The position numbers and the translations under genes were made by a program. Shown here piece by piece: positions 1 through 12,429 of a stretch of DNA of 64,000 nucleotides (its first letter is position 1; every line of letters begins with the position of its first letter). The DNA comes from Octopus sinensis. Its lineage: Eukaryota. The notes beneath the pieces are model-generated. The model was given only the letters and a program-made list of their open reading frames with translations, searched no databases and was not told where the DNA came from. Where the stretch lies: the NCBI RefSeq assembly GCF_006345805.1, contig NC_042999.1:87544001-87608000 (forward strand), in the 5' to 3' direction.

Positions 1-199
1 AGTGGAATATTTTAAAGAATTCTATAGATATGTGAAGCAGCTTGGTTGCCGGTCGCAGTCGAGAAATAATAAGGCATTAGTCTGAAAGCATCACCATCAC
101 TACACTCCGTATCCAGGACTACCAACTTAGCACCTAAGTTCAGGAAGATCGTCGTTACCTATAATTCAGGCCTTTACGAAAAAATACACAGTGATACTA

Positions 200-1140
200 C
201 TCAATCTTGGTCGGTCGAAGAAAGAACGAGTACATGTGCACCGGAAATACTGGTTTCGTTGGTGGCTACTATACCTATATCCAGTGATCTTGCTTTTGTG
301 CCATATATCGCCACATAATTGGAAACAACTAGATGGCATCAACACCTGACACCCTGAATTTCTGGTTACAATATTTGATAGAAACAAATAAGGTGACAAT
401 AGAGATGTTTAATCAGACCCTAACGGAGCCGAAGGCAGCACGTGATTGGATCACTTAAGGTAAACCATCATAATCTCTAAAAGGTTGGTCCTATAAACTA
501 CAGAGCTATAACCTGCCTTCAAATATATTACGGAAATGATATAAAAGGAAATATATTAATATTGGGAAATATAGTTTGTTGCCTGAATAATGCAAGAGGT
601 ACTGGAAAGGTAGATAAAAGCTTGAAAAATCAATTACTAGTAAACAGAACCACAAAGGAAGACTATAGAAAGGGAAAAGAAGTGTTTAGGCTTAGTATGA
701 ATCGAAAACTAGAAGGCTTTTGGCGACTTGAAGGCTTTTTCGTCCACACAAACCCTGGACACACATTCATGAGATAAGTAACACCAATAATGAGCATTTC
801 TGTAGGTATAGACAAATAAGTGAGTTCTAAAGCTAATTAATTCAAACATATGTAAAGGCAATGACACGCCCCCGAACCCCGAAGAGAATGGAAATATGCA
901 AATAAAACTTGTAGCACGAGTTAAAAAGCAGTTCTCAAATCTGAGACTGAAGGCATTTTGATCATGGATCAAGATGAAAGGCTCCACATTAAGTAATTTA
1001 GATTTAAATGCCTTTGAAAATCTGCTCAATCAAGGACTGACATGGAGTTTAATATACAAAAACAACAATTGAAATCCATTTTATAGACTGTTCCACAGAA
1101 AAAGTACATCTTTGCAGGATATGAACTCAGAATGTAAAGA
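200..1140 (+). mobile_element. Decayed R4/Dong-like (RLE-type) non-LTR retrotransposon fragment with a large internal deletion
   Basis: Manual translation: DWIT*GK (cf. PxWLTxGxTxLIPK), PINYRAITCL (cf. NYRPITCL), KNQLLVNR (cf. KDQLLI), IEN*KAFGD (cf. IDYxKAYD), then a jump to the C-terminal LKSETEGILIMDQD (cf. ETEGxIxAxQDQ). Many stops and frameshifts. Confidence 0.65.
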
Positions 1141-1500
1141 TATGTCAGTAAATTCTCGCAAGTATTTAGCTTTATTTCTACCGTTTTGGTTACTCACCCG
1201 CAGTTACCCCATTAAACATGATAACACAGGTGATTTATTTGATTAATATAAAGTACTGATATGGATAATGCTATGAGTGAGAATCATCAACATCACTCTG
1301 ACATCGAAGTAGAAGTATCTTAGTTATAAAATTAATTAGCCTCCAGAGTATCTAAATATATTGAAAACATTTGATGCGAGAGATGCTAAAATGTTAACCA
1401 GTCCTTTGGGAATCTCAGCCTTATGGTATACCTTTGTGAATCATTTAAAATTTTGGAGATGTTCAAGTGAAAAAAATCATTAAACATCAGCTGTTGTATT

Positions 1501-1502
<2 letters not shown>

Positions 1503-1536
<34 letters not shown>
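1503..1536. repeat. (CT)n microsatellite
   Basis: Seen directly. Confidence 0.95.
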
Positions 1537-1538
<2 letters not shown>

Positions 1539-1955
1539 GCACACACACATGTATATATGTATGTATACGCTTCTTATCATTAAATCAAAGGTGCCAAAGA
1601 AGTACTCGTATATGCATAAATAAGAAAACAGATGCAACACTTGCACATAAACTTGTATGTACATACACATTCACACAAACAACATTCGCCACACCAAAAC
1701 AATGAAGAGAAAATAACAAGGGCAATAAGAACAAAAGAAAGAATTGGTAACAACAGTAGCATCAGTAGCATCAGCAGCAACGACTGCAGGAACTGCAGTA
1801 GCTGGGAAATATAATCGTTTAGGTCGAAAAGGGGAAGGAAATGCACGATAACCGCCAAAATGACTGTAACTGAATCTTTCGTTCAGACACCATTTCCAGT
1901 TAGTCTTGGAAGAATGCCAACAACCGCAATGTTTAGCATACTGACTACAGCAGTA

Positions 1956-2102
<147 letters not shown>

Positions 2103-2479
2103 GTATAATTTGTTCATCAAATTGCCATAAATAAGATATGATGATACTACAATAAAATACAATAAAGAGGTAAAAGAAAGTTTACTTCAAGCGAGTTGCT
2201 GATATGTTCCTTTGGGTAACTGGATAGATGTAGCAAACAGTCTTCAGGTAGATGAGGGTTAGAAAGGAAGATGAAAAAAGGGAAGTGAAGGAAAGTAAAT
2301 TATTCAACCTATTTTTCGTGTTCTGATTTTCCGTCTAAGGTTTCAAACTTCGACAGGATCTTTTGCACTAACATATCTCAAAAATGCTTTTGGAGTGAAA
2401 ATTTTGATTTGTGCCACGAATAATATTGGAGTTAATGAACATCTTGTCACCTAGTAACTATCGCTATCGTAGTTGATAT

Positions 2480-3400
2480 TATCGCCTCATCACCTCAATC
2501 ACTTTTGTCTGGGCAAACCTGGTACGAAGGTTGGTTACATAACATATTGGCCATACTGTAATATCAATTTATGTGTGTAATATCTTTTTAGTCGTCGTGT
2601 ATTCTGTATAACTCCTGAAAGTATTTAATATCCCGTGTTCCATTTGTGAAATTTGTATGTTTACTATGGTGTTTTTAGTTTCATTTACGGAAGCAGGAGG
2701 ATTACATTCAAGTTTTCTATGTTGATTAATGGAATCTTATTTTTTTGTCCGTGGTATACAAAATCTCCCTTAGTTGAATTACACGGGTGTAGCTAAGAAA
2801 CTCAATTCACAAAATGATTATTTCATATAATAAAAAAAAAAAAAATGAAGCTATTCCCCAGATATCCGCTTCGCTATTGTCTACTTTTTCATAGCCTTTT
2901 TTAATATGAGAAGTAGAACGAGATTGAATTGTAAAAGGAAAACGAAAAGGAATTTCATGTGAATGTGAAATCTTGTCATTGATGTTTTGTTACTTCATGA
3001 CAAGTTACTTATTCACATATTATAATTTTCATTCTTGGACTGAATTTAATCAAACCTCGAATAATTGACAATTATGAAAAGAAATTATTGCAAAAAGTTG
3101 AGATTTATTCGGATTTACTTCACATTCCATATTTAATACATTCCGAGCTATACTTATTATTGGCGAAGAATAATTGAAAATTCGAAGTTGGTGTCGAAAC
3201 ATTAACCACAAAATTCCATTAACTTGAAATATTGATCTTCATACATCTTAAAAAATCTTCTAGTGCAAATTGAGGTTTATATTTTATATTGCAGCTTGAA
3301 TTCACGTTTTCTTCTCACTATATACCTGTTATTGAATACATTTTTATGTGGAAGGAAAACAGTAATCTTTTAATTTTGCTAAGTGCTAAACAAAACTTAA
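2480..3400 (-). mobile_element. Possible heavily decayed Penelope-like element
   Basis: Minus-strand translation ECNPPASVNETK resembles the PLE linker motif WFNPPxSxNVxT; the flanking similarity is weak. Confidence 0.35.
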
Positions 3401-3802
3401 ATCAAATATTTATTTAATCATTATAATATCCTCATGTATTGACATTTCTCACTGGAAATCTTTCATAAGAAATGTTTTTCCTTTTAAGGAGATTACTAGT
3501 GATCAAATCTGACACAAGAGCATTTAGAAGAAAAAGATGTTCTTTCCACTAAAGCAATCAATTATCAATTAATTCCCGTAAATCGCACGGTAACATCATA
3601 CCTAAATATACTATGACTCATTTCTAATCCATTAAACAGTATGTTCTTTATCTCACACCCCAAGATAACTCGCCATCAACTTATATAATAATGATCTCAG
3701 TTGTTTCTGTCAATGTAAAATAACAAACACCCGCATAGAATCGTGGTAAAAAACACAAAAAATCAATCTGATTAGTACACACATTTTGTTAACAGAGTAA
3801 AA

Positions 3803-3935
3803 GTGGTGAGCTGGCAAAAATGGTGTGTAGTCGAGTAAATACGGAAAGGTTTCTGTTTTAATCGTTCTATATTCTCAGTTCCAGACTGATCTTGAAGACA
3901 TTGACTTTCACCCGTCTAGGGTAGATAAAAAAATA
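3803..3935 (+). mobile_element. Decayed tRNA-derived SINE (family B)
   Basis: Start GTGAGCTGGCA and the internal TTGACTTTCA..GGGTAGATAAA match the better copies at 57602 and 61852. Confidence 0.5.
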
Positions 3936-4366
3936 ATACAATAACATATTGCACTCTGTTTGACTCAATTTGTTTTTTGTTTTTATCTAGGATAGAGAAA
4001 ATTCCATACTGATTAATCACAGAGCGCTACGTATATGTACATTCTATGTATTCACCTAATAATTATAGAGAGTGGATGTTGTATCTTTGACAAGAGCTGG
4101 AAAATGTTTGGTGCTTACCGGTTCTTATAGTATTTCATCTCTTGCAGCATATAGTTCACTTAAAGAGTTTCATAAACGCCTGATTTCTTCACTTATTATT
4201 AGTAATATAATGTGAGGAGAAGAGTTGTTTTACTTTAGTTGAGCAATAAATAAAAGTGTTTTTTCTTCATCACATCGGCTACCAAGAGGAATCTGAGAAC
4301 TTATCTTCACTGTTTTTTTCAGTGTTTAAACTCAACTAACATGTTTACCTGTTTTTTTTTCTGTAG

Positions 4367-4398
4367 AACAAGGCATTCTAACTTTAGGTTTCATTAAG
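4367..4398 (+). CDS. Candidate 32-nt microexon, (x)QGILTLGFIK
   Basis: Branch-point-like CTAAC at 4336-4340, long T tract, CTGTAG acceptor and AAG|GTATGA donor. Only one of three frames is open (phase 1 in, phase 0 out). Product not recognised. Confidence 0.45.
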
Positions 4399-4449
4399 GT
4401 ATGAGATCAAATCACTCGAAATGGTGACTATATTGTTACAGTCTCAATA

Positions 4450-4620
4450 CTCCACGTTATCTAACACCTATCTCTTCGAAATAGCAGCCAAAATCCTCCG
4501 TTTTTTTTTAAAAAAAGAAGGCACGACATATTAGATGATATTATCAGAGACAAACTGTCTGGATACGCACAGCTAGAATGCCTCTCATTTCCATAGATTT
4601 GCGCAGCTAGTGTTAATTTT
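4450..4620. repeat. Interspersed repeat fragment (GAAATAGCAGCC motif family, probable SINE)
   Basis: Shares the GCTG(C/T)T(A/T)TTTC motif with 13410-13640 in opposite orientation. Family recognition is from memory only. Confidence 0.35.
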
Positions 4621-5017
4621 GGGGACAAGCAGCAGCGACATCATCATACATTTTTCGAGATTTCAGTATTATAATTATAATAGTAGTTTGCTAGACTATC
4701 TGGAATATCTGGGATAAAAGTAATCAAAACGTGTCACATTAATTCATATCTGTAACACAAAGCCATAGATTAGTATAGAATGTAAAAGAATTGACCTAAT
4801 TTTAGCGACCTCGAAATGTTGATACGCAATTTCCACACTGGCTGGTGTTGGAACACAAAATATTAAGCTTCGAAGCAACATACTGTGAGGTAATTTTGTT
4901 TTGGTAATTACTCTTTCGACACTAACTATTTAAATTTATCAATATACGTATGTATAAGCATTTATACGTTTATAAATAATTCATATATCGATCCATTATA
5001 TACATAATATATATACA

Positions 5018-5119
5018 TAGGCGCAGACGTGGTTGTGTGGTAAGAAGCTTGCTTCTCAACCACATGGTTTCAGGTTCAAGGTTCAGACTTACTGCGTGGC
5101 ACCTTGGGCAAGTGTTTTT

Positions 5120-5181
<62 letters not shown>

Positions 5182-5450
5182 GTGTGTGTGTGTGTGTGTG
5201 TGTGTGTATGAGTGTGTGTGTGTGTGTGTGTATATTTACGTGTGTGTCTGTTTGCCCTACCATCGCTTAACAACCGATGTTGGCGTGTTTACGTCCCTGT
5301 AACTTAGCAGTTCTGAAAAATAGACTGATAGAATAAGTACTAGGCTTACAAAAAATAAATCCCGGGGTCGATTTCTTCAACTAAAAAAGAAATCTAAGGC
5401 GGTGCTCGTACATGGCCTCAGTTAAATGAGTAAAAGAATTAAAGAAAAGA
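5018..5450 (+). mobile_element. Composite tRNA-derived SINE (family A) with internal (TA)n(TG)n
   Basis: Head TAGGCGCAG..GTGTGGTAAG..GGTTC; 3' module ..GATAGAATAAGTAC..AAGGCGGTGCT..; homologous to at least 8 other copies in the window. Confidence 0.85.
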
Positions 5451-5452
5451 AT

Positions 5453-5920
5453 ATCCATCCATCCATCCATCCATCCATCCATCCATCCATCCATCCATCC
5501 ATCCATCCATCCATCCATCCATCCATCCATCCATCCATCCATCCATCCATCCATCCATCCATCCATCATCCATCCATCCATCCATCCATCCATCATCCAT
5601 CCATCCATCCATCCATCCATCCATCCATCCATCCATCCATCCATCCATCCATCCATCCATCCATCCATCATCCATCCATCCATCCATCCATCCATCCATC
5701 CATCCATCCACATCCATCCATCCATCCATCCATCCATCCATCCATCCATCCATCCATCCATCCATCCATCCATCCATCCATCCATCCATCCATCCATCCA
5801 TCCATCCATCCATCCATCCATCCATCCATCCATCCATCCATCCATCCATCCATCCATCCATCCATCCATCCATCCATCCATCCATCCATCCATACAGACA
5901 GACAGACAGACAGACAGACA
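5453..5920. repeat. (ATCC)n array of about 440 bp followed by (ACAG)n
   Basis: Seen directly; on the minus strand it reads (GGAT)n immediately 3' of an RTE element end. Confidence 0.95.
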
Positions 5921-6504
5921 GCCGTCCACTATTCATGGGAGAGTCACTGGAGTAGAGTCCTCAGTCTCCTTTTCCGTAGGGATCTATTAGAAGCAACCGT
6001 CATATTTTCCAACCCGAGTTCCTAGTGTGACCAACTAAAACTACAGGAATTAACAAATCATCTCGTTCTTGTTGGTTGGTTGGTCTTGAAGAATACGTCT
6101 TGCGATTCTTTCCTGCAACATTCTCATCACGTGTCCATAGTACCGGAGCTGTGACCATTCAAATCGAAGAAGCGACTCGATCTAGGAGGAGTCCATGATC
6201 TCCAAGCTACGCTTCCTGTCGAGTAACGTTACTTCAAAGAGCCTTCAGATGACCCCCATTTTGGAAGCTTGTATTCGCGACCGAACTTTTTCTGTCATTA
6301 CCACCATTCACGACCGTAAGTGAAGATAAGCACAAAATTGAAAATAACAAGTTTGTCTCTTTTATCAGACACCTCTCTACCGAGGATCGAACGCTGGAGC
6401 GGGATCATCACTGTACCAGCACTTGTAGTTCTAGCATCTAAGTCAGCTGTCTACTTCCCAATAGACACGAAGAGGGCCCCAAGATAAACTTCTTCAATTA
6501 CTAC
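5921..6504 (-). mobile_element. RTE-clade LINE 3' part (RT domain 7 to 3' end)
   Basis: Minus translation EEVYLGALFVS (cf. EEFKYLGVLFTS), IFTYGREWW*MTEKVRSRIQAS (cf. LTYGHExWVMTERxRSRVQAAE), SQLRYYGHVMRM. Confidence 0.8.
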
Positions 6505-6795
6505 AGTGAAGTTCTAAGAATGTGCTAAGTCGAAATCCTTCAAAGTGGGTGTCAGACTTCAGCAGAGGGTGCATATTAGTACCTCTACTTTTCTTAAATT
6601 TTATGAACTGGATTGACGTGTGCAGCCCTTGTGGAACTGGCACCACAGTCGTTGGGCATAGAATCGGTCGGCTGGTATTTGCACACGACATGGTTCTACT
6701 TGCCTGATCAGATGGTGATCTCCAGATTGTACTGAATGGGTTCGCAGCCCAGTGCTGTACTGTAAGGCAAGGATGAGAATTAGCATGGGGAAGAT
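6505..6795 (+). mobile_element. RTE-clade LINE, RT domains 4-6 (inverted relative to 5921-6504)
   Basis: KSFKVGVRLQQ / GCILVPLLFLNFMNWI (cf. GLRQGCxLSPLLF), LVFAHDMVLLA (cf. LLFADDVVLLA), FAAQC..RMRISMGK. Confidence 0.8.
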
Positions 6796-6834
6796 GATAT
6801 ATCGGTCCACTGAAAAATTTGGCTGTTTTTTTTT

Positions 6835-7470
6835 ATGTCTACAGAGAAGAGCATCTTTAGAATGTGAAAATAATATATTCCTGATCTTCTAAATCCAGTC
6901 ACAATAAATTCTTCTGATGGACGCGAGTTGTATCTAGGGGTGAAGACTAACCCCACGGCCTCATCGAGGCTATTAAAGCGCTCACATGTGGCCGCCGGAG
7001 AGGACAAAATGCAAATTAATATGTTAAAAGTCTTAAATAGATTAATTATTCTGTAGGTGACCCGTGCATTCCAGGTGGCTTGGAACACTGGGAAAACACC
7101 AAAGCAATGATATTCCAGGGAGATAATTCCAATTTTTGACGAAAGAGACACGAGAGAGGGCTCTTATAGAAGAATATACTTGCTGGACCTCTCTTGTAAA
7201 GTTCACGTTAGCTGTCTGGTAAACTCAGAAGTAGGGAAGTTGTTGCGTCCAAGTTTACTGAAGTGCAGTGTGGCTTTTGTCTTGGACGCGGCATAACCAA
7301 GATATTCACTCTACAGCAGGTCTTCGGAGAAATCGTGCAAAGTGGCATACACTTGCCTTGTTGACTATGCAGAGGCATAAGATCGCGTGCTGTAGGAATG
7401 CTGTGGACGGTTTTACAGGAGTTTAGGATTATTTATTGCTATATGTGTCCTATCCTGCTATGAAGTCTCT
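6835..7470 (+). mobile_element. RTE-clade LINE, RT domains 0-3
   Basis: YIPDLLNPV, EAIKAL..AAGEDKMQINMLKVL, IIPIF..SYRRIYLL, QCGF..GRG..IFTLQQ, VDYAEA*DRV..LWTVLQE. Confidence 0.8.
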
Positions 7471-7529
7471 GTTCACAGGACCACGAATACGTATAAATAT
7501 ACATCGACATATTCAAACTTCTAAACTAC

Positions 7530-8280
7530 AATGGCATACAACTCACCAGAAACAATAGAGAAATTCTTCGCTAGAAACACGATCTTGTTCGAATTTTCAT
7601 TTAGCAAAAACGCAACAACCTTTGTTTGTTATTCAACAAATACTTCCACAAAAGCAATAAGCTTCATAAGCTATTCAATGAGAACAACATCTAACCATTC
7701 CACTGTTGTATATAAAAAATTACTTTGTTGCATGATCAAAAAATCATTGAAAGTAATATAAAAAGCAAAGTGAAGGTAACTAATTGTCGAATATCCGAGT
7801 ACTATCCCTTGGGTATTCAGTTACTCATGAGTAATTGCATCATGTGTCAGGCCTCTATAATTGAAGAAAAATTTGTCACACAGAAAACTCATTTATGTGT
7901 TGACTTTACAGTCATATAAACTCTTTCAAGTACAGCCACAAAGAAAATGCAACATAGCTTCTGAAACACATATGGGACAAAAGAAATAGAAGTGAGTCTA
8001 CTGTTGTAGAATGGTCTATCTTGGACCGAGTAACACTATGCAAAAAAAAACAACAACAACAAAAAGCAACAGAAAACAAAAGAAAAACTGCAATTTGCTT
8101 GACAGAGATATCATATCATAAACCATTCCACATCACACTAACAATGGACAGGAATACGGAACTAATCCCAACTTGCAGATGCAGAATAAACATTTGCTAT
8201 TTCTTTTTAGGACAACAGACAAAGTCTCGATGATGTCATACATCAAGTGAAATACCACTTTGTTGTTTTCTTGTTTAAAT
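7530..8280 (-). mobile_element. Possible decayed hAT (Charlie/Buster-like) transposase
   Basis: Weak minus-strand motifs THDAITHE*L (cf. THCIIHREAL) and LYTTVEWL (cf. LYHTEVRWL) in the expected order. Confidence 0.3.
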
Positions 8281-8606
8281 CTACTAATACTCTAACAGTC
8301 CGGTGTAGATTGTTAATTCCAAATTTCTGGACAGTGTGTGAAAAGTGATATGGAAGTAGCTACATAATACTAAGCATTTTTGGAAACAGAAGTTGCACAA
8401 CACACTTAATAAAAAAGTAGATTTACAGTTGGAACAAGAAAGGTTACGGATTGATCAAAAGTGATTCTAGTTAACGAGGTGCTATGTATGTTAACAGTTT
8501 TTGTTAAATATTATAAAGCCATTTACAGCAGTTCCAGAGTTTATTATGGAGCGTTATCTCTCGTGCGAAAAAAATTAGGATGGTGTGTGTATGATATTTG
8601 TACGCA

Positions 8607-8995
8607 TAGGCGCAGGTATGGTTATATAGTAAGAAGTTTGCTCCATAACTTCGTTTCTTGGTTCAGTTACACTGCATGGCAATTCTCTTCCACTATATTT
8701 TCTGGCTGACCAAAGCCCTGTGAGTGGATTTGGTAGATGGTGACGTGGAAACTAAAAGAAACTCGTCGTATCTATCTGTCTGTCTGTCTATGTCCTCATG
8801 TTAGTCCCCCAGCACCACCTTACACCGGTGCTGGTTTGTTTACGTCTGCGTAACTTAGTGGTCGGGCATACGAGACCGGTAGAATAGGTACAATATTTTC
8901 AAACAAAGTACTGGAGTGGAGTTGTTCGACTAAAAGCCTTCTAAGCGGTGCTCTAACATGGCTACAGTCCAATAAACGAAGCGAATAACAGATCA
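8607..8995 (+). mobile_element. Composite SINE (family A), older copy, internal (TCTG)n
   Basis: Same head and 3' module as 5018 and 44302, more diverged. Confidence 0.8.
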
Positions 8996-9078
8996 ACGAT
9001 AGAAATAAATTAAACTAATTTAGATTTAAAACTGGCAGGGAAGATATTTAATTTTATAAATCTAGCGTACGGAGGTAA

Positions 9079-9079
<1 letters not shown>

Positions 9080-9162
<83 letters not shown>
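9080..9162. repeat. (TA)n microsatellite
   Basis: Seen directly. Confidence 0.95.
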
Positions 9163-9167
<5 letters not shown>

Positions 9168-9789
9168 GATATGAGTGTGCATATATATTGATGTATGTAT
9201 GTATAATATTGATTTAAAATGGAGGCGGTTTTATGTCAATGAGTTTAATAGTATAAAAAATATAAGTTAAAAGACTTATGTTTGTTTTAGATAATGCATA
9301 TATTTCGTTTGCAAGTAAAGTACGTAGACAAATTAGAGGAATTTCCACAAGGGTAATTGTAGTCCTTAGCCGACTTAACGTCAAGCAAATTTAGTTTCCT
9401 TAGTGATTTATTGTTAGGCCGCTAGGTGTCTGGCATAAATATATAGATGATATTTTCCAAAATTATAGTTGTTTTCAATGTTTATTATAAAAAGTTTATC
9501 CGAGAAATTTGAAGGCTGGCAGATGTGGCAAAGATATAAATATGATTAATTCTCTGGACTTCTCTGTTGAGATTTGCAATAAATCTGTAGTTACTAATGT
9601 ATACAATATGACTAACATGTTACATTTTTGCACATTGTGCCTCATTTTCCTTAGCGAGTTTTGGTAACTAATAAGAATTTTCCTTTAGCACATGTGAGTC
9701 CATATAGTAGCGCTTTGATTGTATAGTCTACGATTATAAGTTGATGGTCTATCCTGATGTATATGTCATCCTTTTCATCTTGATTTGTT

Positions 9790-10164
9790 TTTTATTCTTT
9801 TAGTTTTTACCCATTCCAGTCATTAAGCTGCAACCATGCTGGAGCACCGCCTTGTAAGTTTTTTCGAACAAATTGACCCCAATACTTATTTTAAACCGGG
9901 TATTTATTCTATCAGACTCTTTGGTGCAGCGCAAATTTACGAGGGCGTAAACAAACCCAAACCGGTTATCAAGAGGTAAAGAAACAAATATAAATACACA
10001 CACACACAACACACACTCACGCAGCGGGCTTCTACAGCGTTTCTGTCGATCAAATTCAGGTTTATAGAAATTGATACTTGTCCAAGGTGACGAGAATTGG
10101 GACTGAAACCGAAAATACCTCGTTGGAAAGTAAACTGCTTGAATACACAGCTATGTCCAACCTA
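9790..10164 (-). mobile_element. Composite SINE (family A)
   Basis: Reverse complement of the family A 3' module (CCATGCTGGAGCACCGCCTT) and head. Confidence 0.8.
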
Positions 10165-10239
10165 TTGTAAAATGTATTAATAAGCAATATTTTTCTAAGT
10201 TTATTGTTAATTATTATCAATTATTATTAGTAAATATTA

Positions 10240-10690
10240 ATTTTCGTCGTGTAATTTTTTGTGTACGATACGAGTTGGTCACAGTTTGTCTCGTGTGTAT
10301 TGTTTATTACTACTACGTATATTTATGTTTTAGCGTTCATCGTGTATGTTGATGTTGGAAAATGTCCATTTATGATTTGAGGTCCTGGTACGGATATTTG
10401 GATAGCATATTCCCAAACAGCGTTGGATTTTTTCCATAAAGCTATTTAACTGTAACGGAAGTAGTAATTCTACCTTAAGTATCGAAATCAAGCTGGTATC
10501 CGATAAATAGCTGAAGATGAAAATATTCCGGTTGTTAAACTGGAATTCGCTGTTTCGTCGTGTTTCTGTTTGTTACTGTCTGCTGGGCTGTTTTTATGTT
10601 TGGTTTTCTTTTAGTGTACTTCACTGGGATTAATTAGATGCCTATGTGGAATTAGTTATGAGTTTAGGTATAGCTTTACTCTGCAGTGTG
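10240..10690 (-). mobile_element. Decayed Penelope-like element fragment
   Basis: Minus translation shows GHFP followed by a degraded IFNxNTxKxSY-like stretch and a cysteine motif, as in the clearer PLE at 42470. Confidence 0.4.
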
Positions 10691-11505
10691 AATAGTTCTA
10701 GTTTAGCACGGTGAGCTCGCCGTTATGAAGCGAATATGAAATACACACACACTCACACACACACATCATAAACATGTATAAAGAAGTCATCTTCCTTATA
10801 TTAAATAAACATATTTTATCTTGTTTTGAAAATAGACCCAGCTGAAAAACTGCAGGATCTTCAATTGGTTTAGTATTTTATGTAACACACATGAAGGATC
10901 GCTCGCTTTGTCATTCCAGTTACCGAGGCTATGAAGCTTACAGTTGCTTGTAGCAATGTAAACTAAATTAAGATAAACATAACAAAGTTAACATGTTATT
11001 ACAAGATACATAGACGGGTATCAACAACTAGAACACAAATGCAGGTGGTTATGAATAAATACGCATACAGAAATATATACTAATAAACAAACATGGATTC
11101 TAAAAAAAGAACAAAACATAAAAGAAACCATACCACATGACCACTTTATAGGCAAATGTTTGATTGAAATCTCTAGCATTTTTCGGGGTTAGCAACAACT
11201 GCAAGGGCCACACTAAAAACCTGTCTTGATCTGTTCTTGCCTCTGAGAAAAATCTGTAGTTTTCCGAGAAAGGCAACTTACTGTACACCCACACTTTCAA
11301 AGCGGAAAAGGTCGCCAAGAGTATGTCAGTTGAAAATAATGGGTATATGTATATATTTTAACAAAACTGTCCGACGAACGTGAAATTCTGAGTAACAGCT
11401 TTTGTTATATTTCTGCTGCATTTGAATAAAGCATATTACTCTAGCTCTGGTATTTGAGTACTCTTTTTTTCCATCTTGTTTCACATTTATGTGCTTACTC
11501 ATGTT

Positions 11506-11546
<41 letters not shown>

Positions 11547-11552
11547 AGTATA

Positions 11553-11847
11553 ATCGTCACTAAAGTAACAGCGGGTGCTAGTCAGCACTAGCATTGCTAG
11601 AAATAAGAGTCAAAACAACTCTTAGCAACGTGAGAGCCCTTTTCTAACCACTGACAAGGGAGATAAGCCACATCCGGCAAGCGAGATGGAGTCATATCAG
11701 CGCTGATTTCAGATCTCGCTTGTCGCAGGGAACTCGTCTCCCTTGTCAGTCGTTAGAAAAGTGATATCACGTGACTAAGAGTTGTTTTAACTCTTATTTC
11801 TAGCGACGCTGGTGCTGACTAGCACCCTCCATCACTCTAGTGACAAC
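11553..11847. mobile_element. Foldback MITE-like element (whole-length palindrome, about 295 bp), flanked by TA
   Basis: Left arm GTCACTAAAGT..GGGTGCTAGTCAGCAC..CTAGAAATAAGAGT..AAAACAACTCTTAG matches the reverse complement of the right arm along its length. TA at 11551-11552 and 11848-11849. Confidence 0.85.
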
Positions 11848-11911
11848 TATGCTTGTTGCCTTTCGGTTGTAAATTGCAAATAGCTATCTTAATAATACAC
11901 GCGCGCGCCCG

Positions 11912-11945
<34 letters not shown>

Positions 11946-12429
11946 CCCCCCCTCTCTCTATATATATAATCCTGTATTCTATTCCTTTTTCTGGATCTAT
12001 CAACTGTCTGAGACTGCTCTCGGTGCTCGCAGCATGAACGGCAGGCCTATAAATTAGCTGTTTCGTAATCCCCGATAGTCAGCGAGAAGCTGACTTTTAA
12101 CAAATACAGTGGAAAAGTCTTTAATGAAGATGTTGAATCTGAGAATAATGGATAGAAAGTAAGGATAGACGTGATGTACATAAGAAACTCAACTGACATC
12201 AGTCGTTAGCCGGTTTTATAATTTAGATTAATGGCTAGATCATTAGATAAATAAACAGATAGTTAGATGGATAGACATACTGATAGATAACTGGATATAC
12301 ATATATGGATGGACGAATAAATAGACAAACCTTTTAGACGTTCGATGGATAAATAGATAGATGAATACAGTCAGACGAAGTGATACTAAATTTAGTTAAA
12401 ATAACGCTACACATAACTGTAGAGCGCAT

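Noticed and set aside
5381-6025. Long MDGW/HPSI ORFs
   Set aside because: Stop-free frames of (ATCC)n; the same applies to all YI, HT, MYVC, YLSI, RE and SL ORFs in the track.
9280-9760. Possible RT remnant on the minus strand
   Set aside because: Motifs too weak to assign.
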